Assembly (NCBI GenBank): GCA_031370885.1
Contig: JANMRE010000296.1
Coordinates: forward strand, 1-50,237
Origin: Gemmatimonadaceae bacterium
GTDB taxonomy: Bacteria; Gemmatimonadota; Gemmatimonadetes; Gemmatimonadales; Gemmatimonadaceae
Length of the DNA: 50,237 bases
Direction: 5' to 3'
Shown: piece after piece, positions 1 through 9,915 of the stretch
Layout of the letters: the number at the start of each line of letters is the position of its first letter
Position numbering within the stretch: the first letter of the stretch is position 1
Notes under the pieces: model-generated
Seen by the model: the letters and a program-made list of their open reading frames with translations, nothing else
Told to the model about the DNA's origin: nothing
The model's database searches: none
Made by a program: the position numbers and the translations under genes

Positions 1-137
1 CAAACGTGTTCAGCCGAACGCAACGCGCGGGCTGCCACCGACAGCGCTTCGGAGCGCGTCTGAGGATCGGTGGTTGGCGGGGAGGCCACCCGGCGCGGGT
101 GGGCATCGGTGCCGTTGGGAAAATGGGAGGCGGTCAT
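1..137 (-). CDS. 5' part of a gene running off the left edge; product unknown (possibly a sirtuin-like N-terminus)
   Basis: ATG at 137 opens a frame to the window edge (MTASHFPNG...ALSVAARALRSAEHV), divergent from the TonB receptor gene. Too short to assign a family. Confidence 0.35.
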   Translation of the reverse strand, partial: MTASHFPNGTDAHPRRVASPPTTDPQTRSEALSVAARALRSAEHV

Positions 138-390
138 TCCGAGGCGACATTACACGGCTCAGGCCTGCTCGGCAACGGGGGAGAGACCTAAAATCGACGC
201 CATTTACGCTTGCGGCCTGGGAACTGGCCCGTGACGCGATCGTTGCATCGCCGTCGGCAGATCGAAACCTGAGTCACAGACGTTTCTCGGCGTCCGGAGC
301 GCGCGGTTGGGCGCCCACACCAGAACGACACTTCGACTCTGACGACGCCCTATGCATGATTTCGCCCGCGGAACTCATTCCTGTACGCCA

Positions 391-3156
391 ATGAACGTGC
401 GGGGCCGCCTCGTTGCCGTGGTACACCGGCTGGCGTTGCTGGTGGGATTGGCTGCCCCGATTAGCGCTGCACATGCCCAAGACACCGCGCCGACGGGCAA
501 GATCGCCGGTCGCATTGTCGACGCGTTAACCGGCCAGGGGCTTATCGGTGCGCAGATCCAGCTGGTCGGCACCACGAACGGCGCAATGTCCGGAATGGAT
601 GGACGCTATTTCATTGTTCGCGTCCCCGCTGGTACTGCCACCCTGCAGGTGCGACGCATTGGGTACGGTCCCAAGACCGTGACCGGCATCATCGTGCCGG
701 CAAACGCAGCGGTCGAACAGGACATCTCGCTCAAGACAGCCGACTTGCAACTCGCTGCGGTCAGCGTCACCGCAAACAAGGAGAAAGGCTCGGTCAACGA
801 CGCGCTCGACCAACAGAAGCACGCGACCAACGTCGTGAACGCGATCACGGCCGAACAGATCGCGCGCAGCCCGGATGCCGACGCCGCTCAGGCGGCGCAA
901 CGCGTCTCGGGCGTCACGGTGCAAGACGGCAAGTATCTGCAGGTGCGCGGACTGGGTGAGCGTTATACCACGGCGTCGCTGAACGGCGCGCGCCTCCCAA
1001 GCCCGGAGCCCGAGCGCAAGGTCATTCCGCTTGACCTGTTCCCCTCCAGCCTCCTGCAGGATGTGACCACGAGCAAGACGTTCACGCCCGATCAGCCGGG
1101 CGACTTCGCTGGTGCGAATGTGAATATTCGCACCAAGGAGTTTCCTGCCAGCCGACAGATCAACTATTCCATGAGCGTTGGGGGCAACGATCGCGTGGTC
1201 GGCCGAACGTTGCCCATGGGGCCACGCGCGGGTGGTGAGCTGGTGGGATTCTCATACGGCGCTCGCAAGATGCCTGCCGCGCTCTCGCAGGCCAACTTCT
1301 TCGGCAACGTCTCGCAGTCGCAATACAACCAGATAGCGCTGCAACAACGCAACGTGTGGGATGCCGTGCCGCAGTCGGGTGGCCCGAATGGCTCGTTTGG
1401 CGCGTCCACCGGTGGCAACACGATTTTCGGCAAGCGCGTGGGCTACGTGCTCAGTGGCAACTACGGATACTCAGAAGAAGTGCGCGCGCACGAGCGCTTT
1501 GCCGTCGGCAATCAAGGACCGGACAATACGGTCGTGCCGCTGACGTCGTTGGCTGGCACGACAGGTCGGTCAAGTATTCAATGGGGAGGGATTGCGAATT
1601 TCGCGACGCTGTTGGGCCAGAGCTCCCGCCTGTCACTCAATACCACGGCCACCCGTAGCGCGGACAACGAAGCTCGAACCGATCGCGGATTCGACGAGAA
1701 TCTCTCCGACAGCATCGCGCGCACCACGCTGCGGTATGTCGAACGCGGCGTGGTCACGGTCACGGGACAGGGCGAACATCAACTTGGCGACCGCAACAAG
1801 ACGTCCTGGTCGGCGACCTACGGCAGCACCACGCGTCGCGAGCCGGATCGCTCCGACGTAGTGTATTCGCGCGGCTCGGACGGCAGGTTCTCGCTGCTCG
1901 CGTCGCTGGACGGCGCGCGCCGCCTGTACTTCAAGCTCAACGAGAACAACACGACCGCGCAACTCGACCATGCGTTCCAGATTGGCGAGGTGGCACAACA
2001 GAATACGCTCAAGGTCGGTGTCTACACGCGCAGCACCGATCGCCAGGCCGACGCACCTATTTATGCCTTCATTTCCCGTGCGCCGTCGTCGCTGCTGACC
2101 GAAAGCCCACGGGTCATCTTCGGTTCCGCGCAGTCCTGCCCCACCTGCTCCCTGATCAACATCCAGCCGATTGGACAGGCCGGCTCCTACACCGCGACGG
2201 ATCGCACCTCGGCCGGTTACGCGATGCTCGACTGGGGACTTCGCGAAAGCATTCGCATCATCGCGGGCGCGCGCGTGGAAGCGGCGAAAATCAACGTGGA
2301 TGCCAGCACACAGGGGGGATTCACCGCCGCGGCGCGGCTCGACAATACCGACGTGCTGCCGTCTGTACTGGTCAACACGCGTCTTTCCGAATCACAGAAC
2401 CTGCGCTTCGGCGTCACCCGCACGCTGGCGCGGCCGGAATATCGGGAACTGGCGCCGGTGACGTTTCGCGACGTGCTGGGTGGTGTCAGCGTAACCGGGA
2501 ACGACAAGCTCCGGCGGTCGCTGATCGACAACTACGATCTGCGCTACGAAATCTTTCCGAACGCCGGCGAGGTGCTCAGCATCGGTGGTTTTGTGAAGCA
2601 CTTTGATCGGCCGGTGGAACGTATCGAGTCGGCATCGTCCGGTGCGTATCAGGCGTTGTATCAGAACGCCGTGAGCGCGGTGGACATCGGGTTGGAACTC
2701 GAGGCCCGGAAACAGCTCGGTTTTCTGGGCTCATGGGCGACATCGTTCACCGGCTTCTCCAACGTGACGATGATGTCGTCCAAGGTCACGCTGGACACCA
2801 CGCGCGGCCTGGCGGTGACTGATCGCACGCGTCGCCTGGTTGGGCAGGCGCCCTATGTGGTGAACGCCGGCCTCACGTACTCGTCGCCCAGCGGCCGGAC
2901 CAATGCGACCCTGCTATACAACGTGGTCGGCGAACGCATCTACGCGGCCGGCGTTGCCCCGTTGCCGAATATCGTGGAGGCGCCGCGCGACATCGTGGAT
3001 TTCTCGCTGCGTTTTCCCGTCTGGCGCGAGGTGTCGGGACGTCTCGATGCGCGCAACCTGCTCGATGCCCGCTACCGCTTCATGCAAGGGAATCTGGAAC
3101 GGGAAGGCTACAACGCCGGCCGCACGATTGCGTTCGGGCTTTCCTGGCGGCAGTAG
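391..3156 (+). CDS. TonB-dependent outer membrane receptor with N-terminal carboxypeptidase-regulatory-like domain
   Basis: Signal peptide ending AHA-Q; GRIVDALTGQGLIGA N-terminal extension; plug motif VRGLGERY...LNGARLPSPEP...PLDLFP; long beta-barrel ending NLLD...GRTIAFGLSW. ATG at 391 preferred over 352. Confidence 0.93.
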   Translation: MNVRGRLVAVVHRLALLVGLAAPISAAHAQDTAPTGKIAGRIVDALTGQGLIGAQIQLVGTTNGAMSGMDGRYFIVRVPAGTATLQVRRIGYGPKTVTGIIVPANAAVEQDISLKTADLQLAAVSVTANKEKGSVNDALDQQKHATNVVNAITAEQIARSPDADAAQAAQRVSGVTVQDGKYLQVRGLGERYTTASLNGARLPSPEPERKVIPLDLFPSSLLQDVTTSKTFTPDQPGDFAGANVNIRTKEFPASRQINYSMSVGGNDRVVGRTLPMGPRAGGELVGFSYGARKMPAALSQANFFGNVSQSQYNQIALQQRNVWDAVPQSGGPNGSFGASTGGNTIFGKRVGYVLSGNYGYSEEVRAHERFAVGNQGPDNTVVPLTSLAGTTGRSSIQWGGIANFATLLGQSSRLSLNTTATRSADNEARTDRGFDENLSDSIARTTLRYVERGVVTVTGQGEHQLGDRNKTSWSATYGSTTRREPDRSDVVYSRGSDGRFSLLASLDGARRLYFKLNENNTTAQLDHAFQIGEVAQQNTLKVGVYTRSTDRQADAPIYAFISRAPSSLLTESPRVIFGSAQSCPTCSLINIQPIGQAGSYTATDRTSAGYAMLDWGLRESIRIIAGARVEAAKINVDASTQGGFTAAARLDNTDVLPSVLVNTRLSESQNLRFGVTRTLARPEYRELAPVTFRDVLGGVSVTGNDKLRRSLIDNYDLRYEIFPNAGEVLSIGGFVKHFDRPVERIESASSGAYQALYQNAVSAVDIGLELEARKQLGFLGSWATSFTGFSNVTMMSSKVTLDTTRGLAVTDRTRRLVGQAPYVVNAGLTYSSPSGRTNATLLYNVVGERIYAAGVAPLPNIVEAPRDIVDFSLRFPVWREVSGRLDARNLLDARYRFMQGNLEREGYNAGRTIAFGLSWRQ

Positions 3157-3185
3157 GTCGATCGGGTTGGTCGGTGTCGTGACCC

Positions 3186-3249
3186 CACGGTCGTGTCGCG
3201 CACTGGGAAGCGTGACACGACCGTGACGCGTTCATGATCGCGACACGAC
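3186..3249. promoter_or_regulatory. 16-bp inverted repeat overlapping an 11-bp-period GTGAC (Pho-box-like) array
   Basis: Stem 3186-3201/3210-3225. GTGAC at 3212, GTGAC 3223, ATGAT 3234, ACGAC 3245. Confidence 0.5.
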
Positions 3250-3326
3250 GTCGGTTCGCTTTCGTAACGTACGGCCCATCGCCTTCATCGATCGGCCGCT
3301 CACTCTCTACGACAACAGGAACACCG

Positions 3327-5066
3327 ATGACGATGTCATTGCGTACTCGCGCATGCGTCGCAGCCACGGCCGCAATCCTTGCGCTGTCCGGCTGTAGCGG
3401 CGAAGATCCCGTTTCACCGCCCGCGAAAGGTTCGCTGACCGTGACGATTTCCGGTCTGCCGGCTGGCACCGCCGCCAGTGTCTCGGTAACCGGTCCGGCT
3501 TCGTTTTCTCAGGTCCTGACGGCCACGCAAACACTCAGCGTTGATGCCGGCAGCTATGCCGTATCGGCCGCGCAGGTCACCGTGGGAATCGCCCGCTACA
3601 ACGCCACGGTCACGGGCTCGCCGGCGGCGGTGTCGTCGAATGGAACGAGCGCCGTCACGGTGGCCTACGGTCTCACGGCCAATCCGACCATTGTGCTCAG
3701 CGGATCAATCGCGGCCAGTCGCACCCTCACGCCCGACACCAACTACGTGATTCGCGGATTCGTGTATGTGAACAGCGGGGCCACGCTCACGATCAACGCC
3801 GGCACCAAGCTGGTTGGAGACACCACGGCCCTGGGATCGGCGCTGTTTGTTCTTCGCGGGGCCCGCATCGTGGCCAACGGCACCGAGTCGCAGCCCGTCG
3901 TTTTCACATCACAACGCAGCGCGGGGAATCGCTCACCTGGCGATTGGGGCGGACTGATCATCGTGGGCAATGCGCGGAACAACCGCTCGGGCAGCATCAT
4001 CATCGAAGGCTCGAATGGGTCGGTGGTTGGTGCCGATCCCAACGGCATTGTGTACACTGGCGGCAGTAACGACGCGGACAACAGCGGTACGCTGCGCTAT
4101 GTACGCGTGGAGTTTGCAGGCTACGCCACGCTGCCTGACAACGAACTCAATTCGTTTACGTTCGCTGCCGTTGGCAGTGGCACCACGTTCGAGTATCTGC
4201 AGTCCGTGGCCGGACTCGACGACTCCTTCGAGTGGTTCGGCGGCACGGTGGATGGCAAGTATCTGGTGTCGTACGAGGCCGGTGACGATCACTTCGATAC
4301 CTCGGAAGGTTACCGCGGACGCAATCAGTTCCTGATCGCCTATCAGTCAACGTTCCTCACACCGCGCGCGGGCGCCGGGGCGATCTCGGCCGATCCCCAG
4401 GGTTTCGAAGTAGACGGGTGCAACGGCGGCGGGTGCACGGCGCCGTCAGGCGCGAATGCCCAGAGTTCGGGTCGCGACGACGGACTCTACACGATGAATC
4501 TCTTTGCGAACTTCACTGTCATCGGTGTCGGAAATACGCAGACCACGCCAACGAATGGTGGTGTGGGTATGGTGCTTCGTCGCGGCACCGGCGGCTACTA
4601 CGTTAACGGCGTGGTCGCGCGCTGGCCACGTCAGGCCATCTCGCTCCGCGACTCAACGTCGAACAACCGGTTTGTCGTGGACTCGCTCATCACCCGTAAC
4701 CTGTACTTCGCCGACAATGGCACGCAGAATACCGGCGTGATGTTCGATCCGACCGGCACGAATTTCGGACAGGAATCGGCGTTCAGCGGCCGCAACTCCA
4801 ACATCACGGTCGCCGCCGGATCGGTCACAGCCGCCAGTCTCTTCGTCGCGCTGCCAGCGGGCGTGGCATCGACCACCGGGGCCGACTTTGATTGGTCACC
4901 CACGGCCAGTTCGCCCATCGCGACTGGAGGCCTGAGCAGCTTCGCCGCAGATCCACGCATCGCCGCTCGCGCTGGCACTTTTATCACGCCAACCGCGTAT
5001 CGCGGCGCCGCCGCGCCGGGCGGACCAAAGTGGTGGGCCAACTGGACCAGTTACGCCCGCAACTAA
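3327..5066 (+). CDS. Lipoprotein partner of the TonB receptor: Ig-like N-domain plus predicted parallel beta-helix with Asp-rich motifs
   Basis: AGGA upstream of ATG 3327; lipobox LSG-C; motifs PGDWGGLIIVG, LRYVRVEFAG, GLDDSFEWFGG, GDDHFD; ends YRGAA...WWANWT. Confidence 0.8.
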   Translation: MTMSLRTRACVAATAAILALSGCSGEDPVSPPAKGSLTVTISGLPAGTAASVSVTGPASFSQVLTATQTLSVDAGSYAVSAAQVTVGIARYNATVTGSPAAVSSNGTSAVTVAYGLTANPTIVLSGSIAASRTLTPDTNYVIRGFVYVNSGATLTINAGTKLVGDTTALGSALFVLRGARIVANGTESQPVVFTSQRSAGNRSPGDWGGLIIVGNARNNRSGSIIIEGSNGSVVGADPNGIVYTGGSNDADNSGTLRYVRVEFAGYATLPDNELNSFTFAAVGSGTTFEYLQSVAGLDDSFEWFGGTVDGKYLVSYEAGDDHFDTSEGYRGRNQFLIAYQSTFLTPRAGAGAISADPQGFEVDGCNGGGCTAPSGANAQSSGRDDGLYTMNLFANFTVIGVGNTQTTPTNGGVGMVLRRGTGGYYVNGVVARWPRQAISLRDSTSNNRFVVDSLITRNLYFADNGTQNTGVMFDPTGTNFGQESAFSGRNSNITVAAGSVTAASLFVALPAGVASTTGADFDWSPTASSPIATGGLSSFAADPRIAARAGTFITPTAYRGAAAPGGPKWWANWTSYARN

Positions 5067-5088
5067 TGGCGCCTGAACTTTCGAAACC

Positions 5089-5739
5089 ATGATCCTCCGC
5101 ACTGCATGGCGCGCAACCGTGGGCTACGCGACTGCCCTTCTCGTGTTTCAGGGCGCGTGCCGCAGTCGCGAGGCGACATCGTCTTCTGCCGACTCACAAG
5201 CGGCACATGTGCGCGACGTCATCGCAAGCGGGGGCGTGGTGGACTCCATTCTCCCGATTGCGGAGCAGTTGCGCCGCTTTCGCGCTGACATTCCGGAGCA
5301 GCCAGACACCTTTCGCCGGGCCAGTGCGTCAGTGGACGCGCTGGTGAAGCGATGGGCCGCTGCCGTTGCCACTCAGGATACAGCCGCGCTCAACCACCTG
5401 ATGCTGGACCGGGCGGAGTTCGCGTGGCTGTACTACCCCGGCTCCGCGCTCAGCAAACCGCCCTACGAATCGCCGCCGCAGCTGTTGTGGGGCCAGATAG
5501 TGAGCAATTCCGACAAGGGCGCACGCCAGCTCCTTGCGCGTTTCGGCGGGTCTCGTTTCGATGTGGCGTCGGTCACCTGTCCTGCCCCCGGTGATTCTAC
5601 TACGAATGGTCAGGTGCATGCCAATTGTCGGGTGCGCGTTCGGGTGAAAAACGGACGCATCATCGAGGGCACGCTGTTCGGTTCGATTGTGGAACATCGG
5701 GGACGCTTCAAGTTCCTGGGCTACGCCAACCGCCTGTAG
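5089..5739 (+). CDS. Hypothetical protein, probable lipoprotein
   Basis: Signal-like N-terminus with QGA-C; tightly spaced between the lipoprotein gene and pstS. Confidence 0.7.
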   Translation: MILRTAWRATVGYATALLVFQGACRSREATSSSADSQAAHVRDVIASGGVVDSILPIAEQLRRFRADIPEQPDTFRRASASVDALVKRWAAAVATQDTAALNHLMLDRAEFAWLYYPGSALSKPPYESPPQLLWGQIVSNSDKGARQLLARFGGSRFDVASVTCPAPGDSTTNGQVHANCRVRVRVKNGRIIEGTLFGSIVEHRGRFKFLGYANRL

Positions 5740-5749
5740 TGCCGAGCTC

Positions 5750-6844
5750 ATGATCCCGCAGTCCCGTCACCTACACCTCGCATGCGCCGCGATACTGCTT
5801 GCCGCCTGCGCGCCGCGCGAGGCCGTTCCGGCCACAGACACCGCACGGTCCTCTGCGAGGGATAGCCGCCGCGTCGATCTCACGGGCGCCGGCGCCACCT
5901 TCCCCTATCCCTTGTATGCGCGCTGGTTCAACGAATACGCGCAACGCACCCATATCCGCATCAACTATCACTCCATCGGGTCGGGCGGCGGCATTCAGCG
6001 GATGTTCGACGGTACCGTTGATTTTGGCGCCACTGATGCGCCCTTGACCGACGAGGAACTCGCGCGTTCGCCAACACCGATCATTCACGTACCGACGGTT
6101 CTCGGTGCCGTGGCGGTGACGTATAACCTCCCTGCGCGCACACGTCCGCTCAACCTGTCTGGTGAAGTACTGGCTGACATTTTTCTTGGCCGGATCACCC
6201 GATGGAACGACGCCCGGTTGATCGCGCTCAATCCGGACGCGCCGCTCCCTGACCATCCGCTGCACGTGGTGCATCGCACCGACGGAAGCGGAACCTCGTA
6301 CATCTTCAGCGATTTCCTGTCTGCCGTCAGCCCGCAATGGCTCGCCGGACCGGGACGCGGAAAAGACCTGCACTGGCCCGTAGGCACTGGCGGCAGCGGC
6401 AACGAAGGGGTGGCCGGCCATGTGAAACAGACCCTCGGATCGATCGGCTATCTCGAGGTCGTGTACGCACGACAGAACCACCTCCCGGTGGCCCACGTGC
6501 GCAATCGCGCAGGACGGTTCATGTCGCCCATGCCATTCGAAATCGCCTCGGCCGCCGCAGGCGCCAACAGCACATCCGGGGCCCAGAGCGACCTGCGGCG
6601 CTCGCTCGTGAACGCGCCAGGCGATCAGTCATATCCCATCGCGTCCTTTACCTGGATGCTGATCTCGCCGCAGCGCGTCGGTCCCGGGAAATCCCGACAG
6701 TTGGCGGACTTTCTCCGCTGGGCCCTTGTTGACGGCGGCGATCTGGCCAGCAGCCTGGGTTACGTGGCGCTGCCCACGGTTACCGCCGAACGTGTGCTGG
6801 CGTTGCTCGACTCGCTCGCCGCGACACCACCGCGACGCCCGTGA
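5750..6844 (+). CDS. pstS: Phosphate ABC transporter substrate-binding lipoprotein (second, stand-alone copy)
   Basis: LAA-C lipobox; GAGATFPYPLY, SIGSGGG, DFGATDAP, HRTDGSGT, GNEGV, YPIASFTW. Confidence 0.93.
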   Translation: MIPQSRHLHLACAAILLAACAPREAVPATDTARSSARDSRRVDLTGAGATFPYPLYARWFNEYAQRTHIRINYHSIGSGGGIQRMFDGTVDFGATDAPLTDEELARSPTPIIHVPTVLGAVAVTYNLPARTRPLNLSGEVLADIFLGRITRWNDARLIALNPDAPLPDHPLHVVHRTDGSGTSYIFSDFLSAVSPQWLAGPGRGKDLHWPVGTGGSGNEGVAGHVKQTLGSIGYLEVVYARQNHLPVAHVRNRAGRFMSPMPFEIASAAAGANSTSGAQSDLRRSLVNAPGDQSYPIASFTWMLISPQRVGPGKSRQLADFLRWALVDGGDLASSLGYVALPTVTAERVLALLDSLAATPPRRP

Positions 6845-6853
6845 GCCACGTCG

Positions 6854-7531
6854 TTACTCGCCACCGTCCTCGGCGTGATGCTTGATCGACTTCCCTTCGA
6901 CGAGAAATACGACGCCTTCCGCGACATTGGTGGCGAGGTCGGCAACCCGTTCGAGATTTCGCGAGACCAGCAGCACTTCCATTCCGGAACTGATCATCTG
7001 CGGATTCTCCATCATATGGGTGAGGAGGATGCGAAACACCGAGCGATTGAGCGCGTCGACCTGATCGTCCCGTCGACAGATCTCGCGGCCGGCGGCGGCG
7101 TCTCCACGGATGAACGCGTCGATCGCATCGCCAAGCATATGCCGTGTGAGGCGGGCCATTTCGACAATCTCCGGCTCCGGCACGATGGGACGGGCCTTGG
7201 ACACCCGCGTGGCCGACTGCGCAATGTTCACGGCGTGATCGCCCACGCGCTCCAGATCGTTGGCGATCCGCATGGCCGACGTCAACATCCGCAGGTCGCG
7301 CGCCATCGGTTGCTGCAGGGCCAGCAGCGAAATGCACCGCTGCTCGATATCCACCTCACGGGTATCAATCTCCCGGTCGCCGAGAATCACGCGTTGCGCC
7401 TTTTCCTCGTCGTGCGAGAGCAATGCGTCGACCGCGAGCGCCAGTGCGGTCTCCGCAGCGCCCGACATCGTAACGAGTCGCGCGCGCACGTCGGCCAGTT
7501 CCTCGTGAAAGTGCCTGTGTGTCTCGGTCAT
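6854..7531 (-). CDS. phoU: Phosphate signalling protein PhoU
   Basis: [37 protein letters not shown]; last gene of the pst operon. Confidence 0.96.
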   Translation of the reverse strand: MTETHRHFHEELADVRARLVTMSGAAETALALAVDALLSHDEEKAQRVILGDREIDTREVDIEQRCISLLALQQPMARDLRMLTSAMRIANDLERVGDHAVNIAQSATRVSKARPIVPEPEIVEMARLTRHMLGDAIDAFIRGDAAAGREICRRDDQVDALNRSVFRILLTHMMENPQMISSGMEVLLVSRNLERVADLATNVAEGVVFLVEGKSIKHHAEDGGE

Positions 7532-8307
7532 CCAAATCTCCCGGTGATATAGTCTTCGGTGCGTTCGTGCTGCGGCTTCGTGAAGATCTGTTCCGTCTCG
7601 CCCATCTCCACGAGCCGGCCCGCGTCGAAGAATCCGGTGCGGCCCGCGACACGAGCCGCCTGCTGCATGTTGTGGGTGACAATAACGATGGTGTAATCGT
7701 GCTTCAACTCGAAGATCAACTCCTCCACCTTCTGCGTGGCAATCGGATCAAGCGCCGAGCACGGTTCATCCATCAGCAGCACGGAGGGCGCGTTGGCCAG
7801 TGCGCGCGCAATGCAGAGTCGCTGTTGCTGTCCGCCGGAGAGCCCGGTGGCCGGCTGCGACAGCCGGTCCTTTACCTCATCCCACAGTGCCGCGCGTCGC
7901 AGGCAGCGTTCCACCACCTCGGGCACCTCCGAGGCACGCACCAACGCGTTCAGCCGCGGACCGTACGCCACGTTGTCGTAGATGGATTTGGGGAAGGGAT
8001 TGGGTCGTTGAAAGACCATGCCAACCCGCTGACGATGCGTCACCACATCCAGCCCCGCGCCGTACACGTTGTGGCCTTCGACCATCAAGTCGCCGGACAC
8101 GCGGGAGTCGGTGACGAGATCGTTCATCCGGTTGATGCAGCGCAGAAACGTGCTCTTCCCGCAACCGGACGGTCCAATGATGGCCGTGACCGCCTTCGGT
8201 GCGAATTGCATGGTGACCTCATGCAGCGTTTTTCGCGCGCCGTACCAAAACGAGAAGTTCCTCGCCTCGATGGCACTCGACGATGGGGCAACCGCTGCCT
8301 CCGGCAT
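7528..8307 (-). CDS. pstB: Phosphate ABC transporter ATP-binding protein
   Basis: [49 protein letters not shown]. Confidence 0.96.
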   Translation of the reverse strand: MPEAAVAPSSSAIEARNFSFWYGARKTLHEVTMQFAPKAVTAIIGPSGCGKSTFLRCINRMNDLVTDSRVSGDLMVEGHNVYGAGLDVVTHRQRVGMVFQRPNPFPKSIYDNVAYGPRLNALVRASEVPEVVERCLRRAALWDEVKDRLSQPATGLSGGQQQRLCIARALANAPSVLLMDEPCSALDPIATQKVEELIFELKHDYTIVIVTHNMQQAARVAGRTGFFDAGRLVEMGETEQIFTKPQHERTEDYITGRFG

Positions 8308-9074
8308 CAGCCGAACCGACCGGTGATGTACGCATCGGTCTGCTCCTCACGCGGTGCCGTGAAGATCTGCCTGGTCGCGCCGTGCTCCACCATCGTCCCC
8401 ATGTAGAAAAAGCTGGTCGTGTCGGAAACGCGCGCCGCCTGCTGCATGTTGTGCGTCACAATCACGATCGTGAACTCACGCTTCAGGTCGAACACCAGTT
8501 CTTCGATGCGCTGCGTACCCAGCGGATCGAGTGACGCCGTCGGTTCATCAAGCAGGATCACCTCGGGTTCCGGCGCAATACTCCTCGCCAGGCAGAGTCG
8601 TTGCTGCTGTCCACCGGAGAGTGACATCGCGTTGGTGTGCAGCCGGTCTTTGACCACGTCCCAGAGCGCTGCGCGCTGAAGCGAGCGTTCGACTACTTCG
8701 GCGATGCGCGCTTTGGACAGCGACCGATCCATGACCAGGCCGGCCGCCACGTTGTCGGCAATGGACATGAACGGGAATGGCGTCGGCTTCTGGAATACCA
8801 TGCCGATGCGGCGACGCAGCCGCACCGGCGACACACTCGGCGCGTACACGTCCTGTTCGTCCAGCAATACCCGACCGTCAATCCACGTGCCGGGTACAGT
8901 TTCATGCATGCGGTTGATGGTCCTCAGGAATGTCGATTTTCCGCAACCCGACGGCCCGATTAACGCATGCACCTGATTGGGGGCGAACGACAGCGTCACG
9001 TCCTTCACCGCGACCAGATTGCCATACATCGCGCTCAGCCCTTCGGTGCGGACACGCGCCAACATGTCACTCAT
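8307..9074 (-). CDS. pstB: Phosphate ABC transporter ATP-binding protein (second tandem copy)
   Basis: [35 protein letters not shown]; ATG 9074 overlaps the pstA stop (ATGAGTGA). Confidence 0.95.
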   Translation of the reverse strand: MSDMLARVRTEGLSAMYGNLVAVKDVTLSFAPNQVHALIGPSGCGKSTFLRTINRMHETVPGTWIDGRVLLDEQDVYAPSVSPVRLRRRIGMVFQKPTPFPFMSIADNVAAGLVMDRSLSKARIAEVVERSLQRAALWDVVKDRLHTNAMSLSGGQQQRLCLARSIAPEPEVILLDEPTASLDPLGTQRIEELVFDLKREFTIVIVTHNMQQAARVSDTTSFFYMGTMVEHGATRQIFTAPREEQTDAYITGRFG

Positions 9075-9915
9075 GACGGGCAAATCGCTGACGGGTGGCC
9101 AAGCGCGCAGCGATACTCAGCACGAGCACGACAAAGATCAGGACCAGCGACGCCGTCCAGGCCAGCTTGTGCCACTCCGGATACGGTCCGGTGGCATACT
9201 TGTAGACCACCAGCGGGAGCGCGGCCATGGGCCGGTCAAGGTTGAACGAGAAGTATTCTGAGCCGAGCGCTGTGAACAGGAGCGGCGCCGTTTCACCGGC
9301 GATACGAGCGACTGACAGGAGCGAACCGGTGACGATGCCTGGCAGCGCGGTGCGCAACACAACCACCAGCGTGGTGCGCCAACGGGTATATCCCAGCGCC
9401 AGCGCCGCTTCGCGAAGGGAGTCGGGCACCAGGCGAACGAGTTCTTCGGTGGTGCGCATCACCATCGGAATCATCAGGAATGCGAGTGCGAACGAGCCGG
9501 CGAGCGCCGAGAAGTGATGTTGGGTGGCCACCACCCACGTCCACGCGAGCAGACCGACCACGATCGAAGGTGTGCCGTTCAGCACATCGGCCACGAATCG
9601 GGTGATCCAGGCAAGCCGCGTACCGCGATACTCGCTCGCATAGAGCCCTCCCGCGATGCCCAGCGGCACACCCACCAGCGACGCCACGCCGACAATCAGG
9701 AGGGTGCCATTGATGGCATGCGCCACACCGCCGCCGGACTCGCCGACAGGTACCGGTCGATGCAGGAAGAAGTCAATCGAAAGCGACGACGCGCCTCGCA
9801 ACACCAGTGAGGTCAGGATCAGGAACAGCGGGAGCACGGCAAGCACCACCGCCACGCCCATCAGCGTCACCATGAATCGAGACTTGCCACGTCGGAGCGC
9901 ACGTCGGATCGTCAC
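9067..9915 (-). CDS. pstA: Phosphate ABC transporter permease PstA
   Basis: [31 protein letters not shown]; GTG 9915 overlaps the pstC stop (GTGA). Confidence 0.94.
   Translation of the reverse strand: MTIRRALRRGKSRFMVTLMGVAVVLAVLPLFLILTSLVLRGASSLSIDFFLHRPVPVGESGGGVAHAINGTLLIVGVASLVGVPLGIAGGLYASEYRGTRLAWITRFVADVLNGTPSIVVGLLAWTWVVATQHHFSALAGSFALAFLMIPMVMRTTEELVRLVPDSLREAALALGYTRWRTTLVVVLRTALPGIVTGSLLSVARIAGETAPLLFTALGSEYFSFNLDRPMAALPLVVYKYATGPYPEWHKLAWTASLVLIFVVLVLSIAARLATRQRFARHE

Noticed and set aside
230-302. Pho-like array and sigma54 promoter upstream of the TonB receptor
   Set aside because: Only one good GTGAC in phase and a poor -12 element; not distinguishable from chance.
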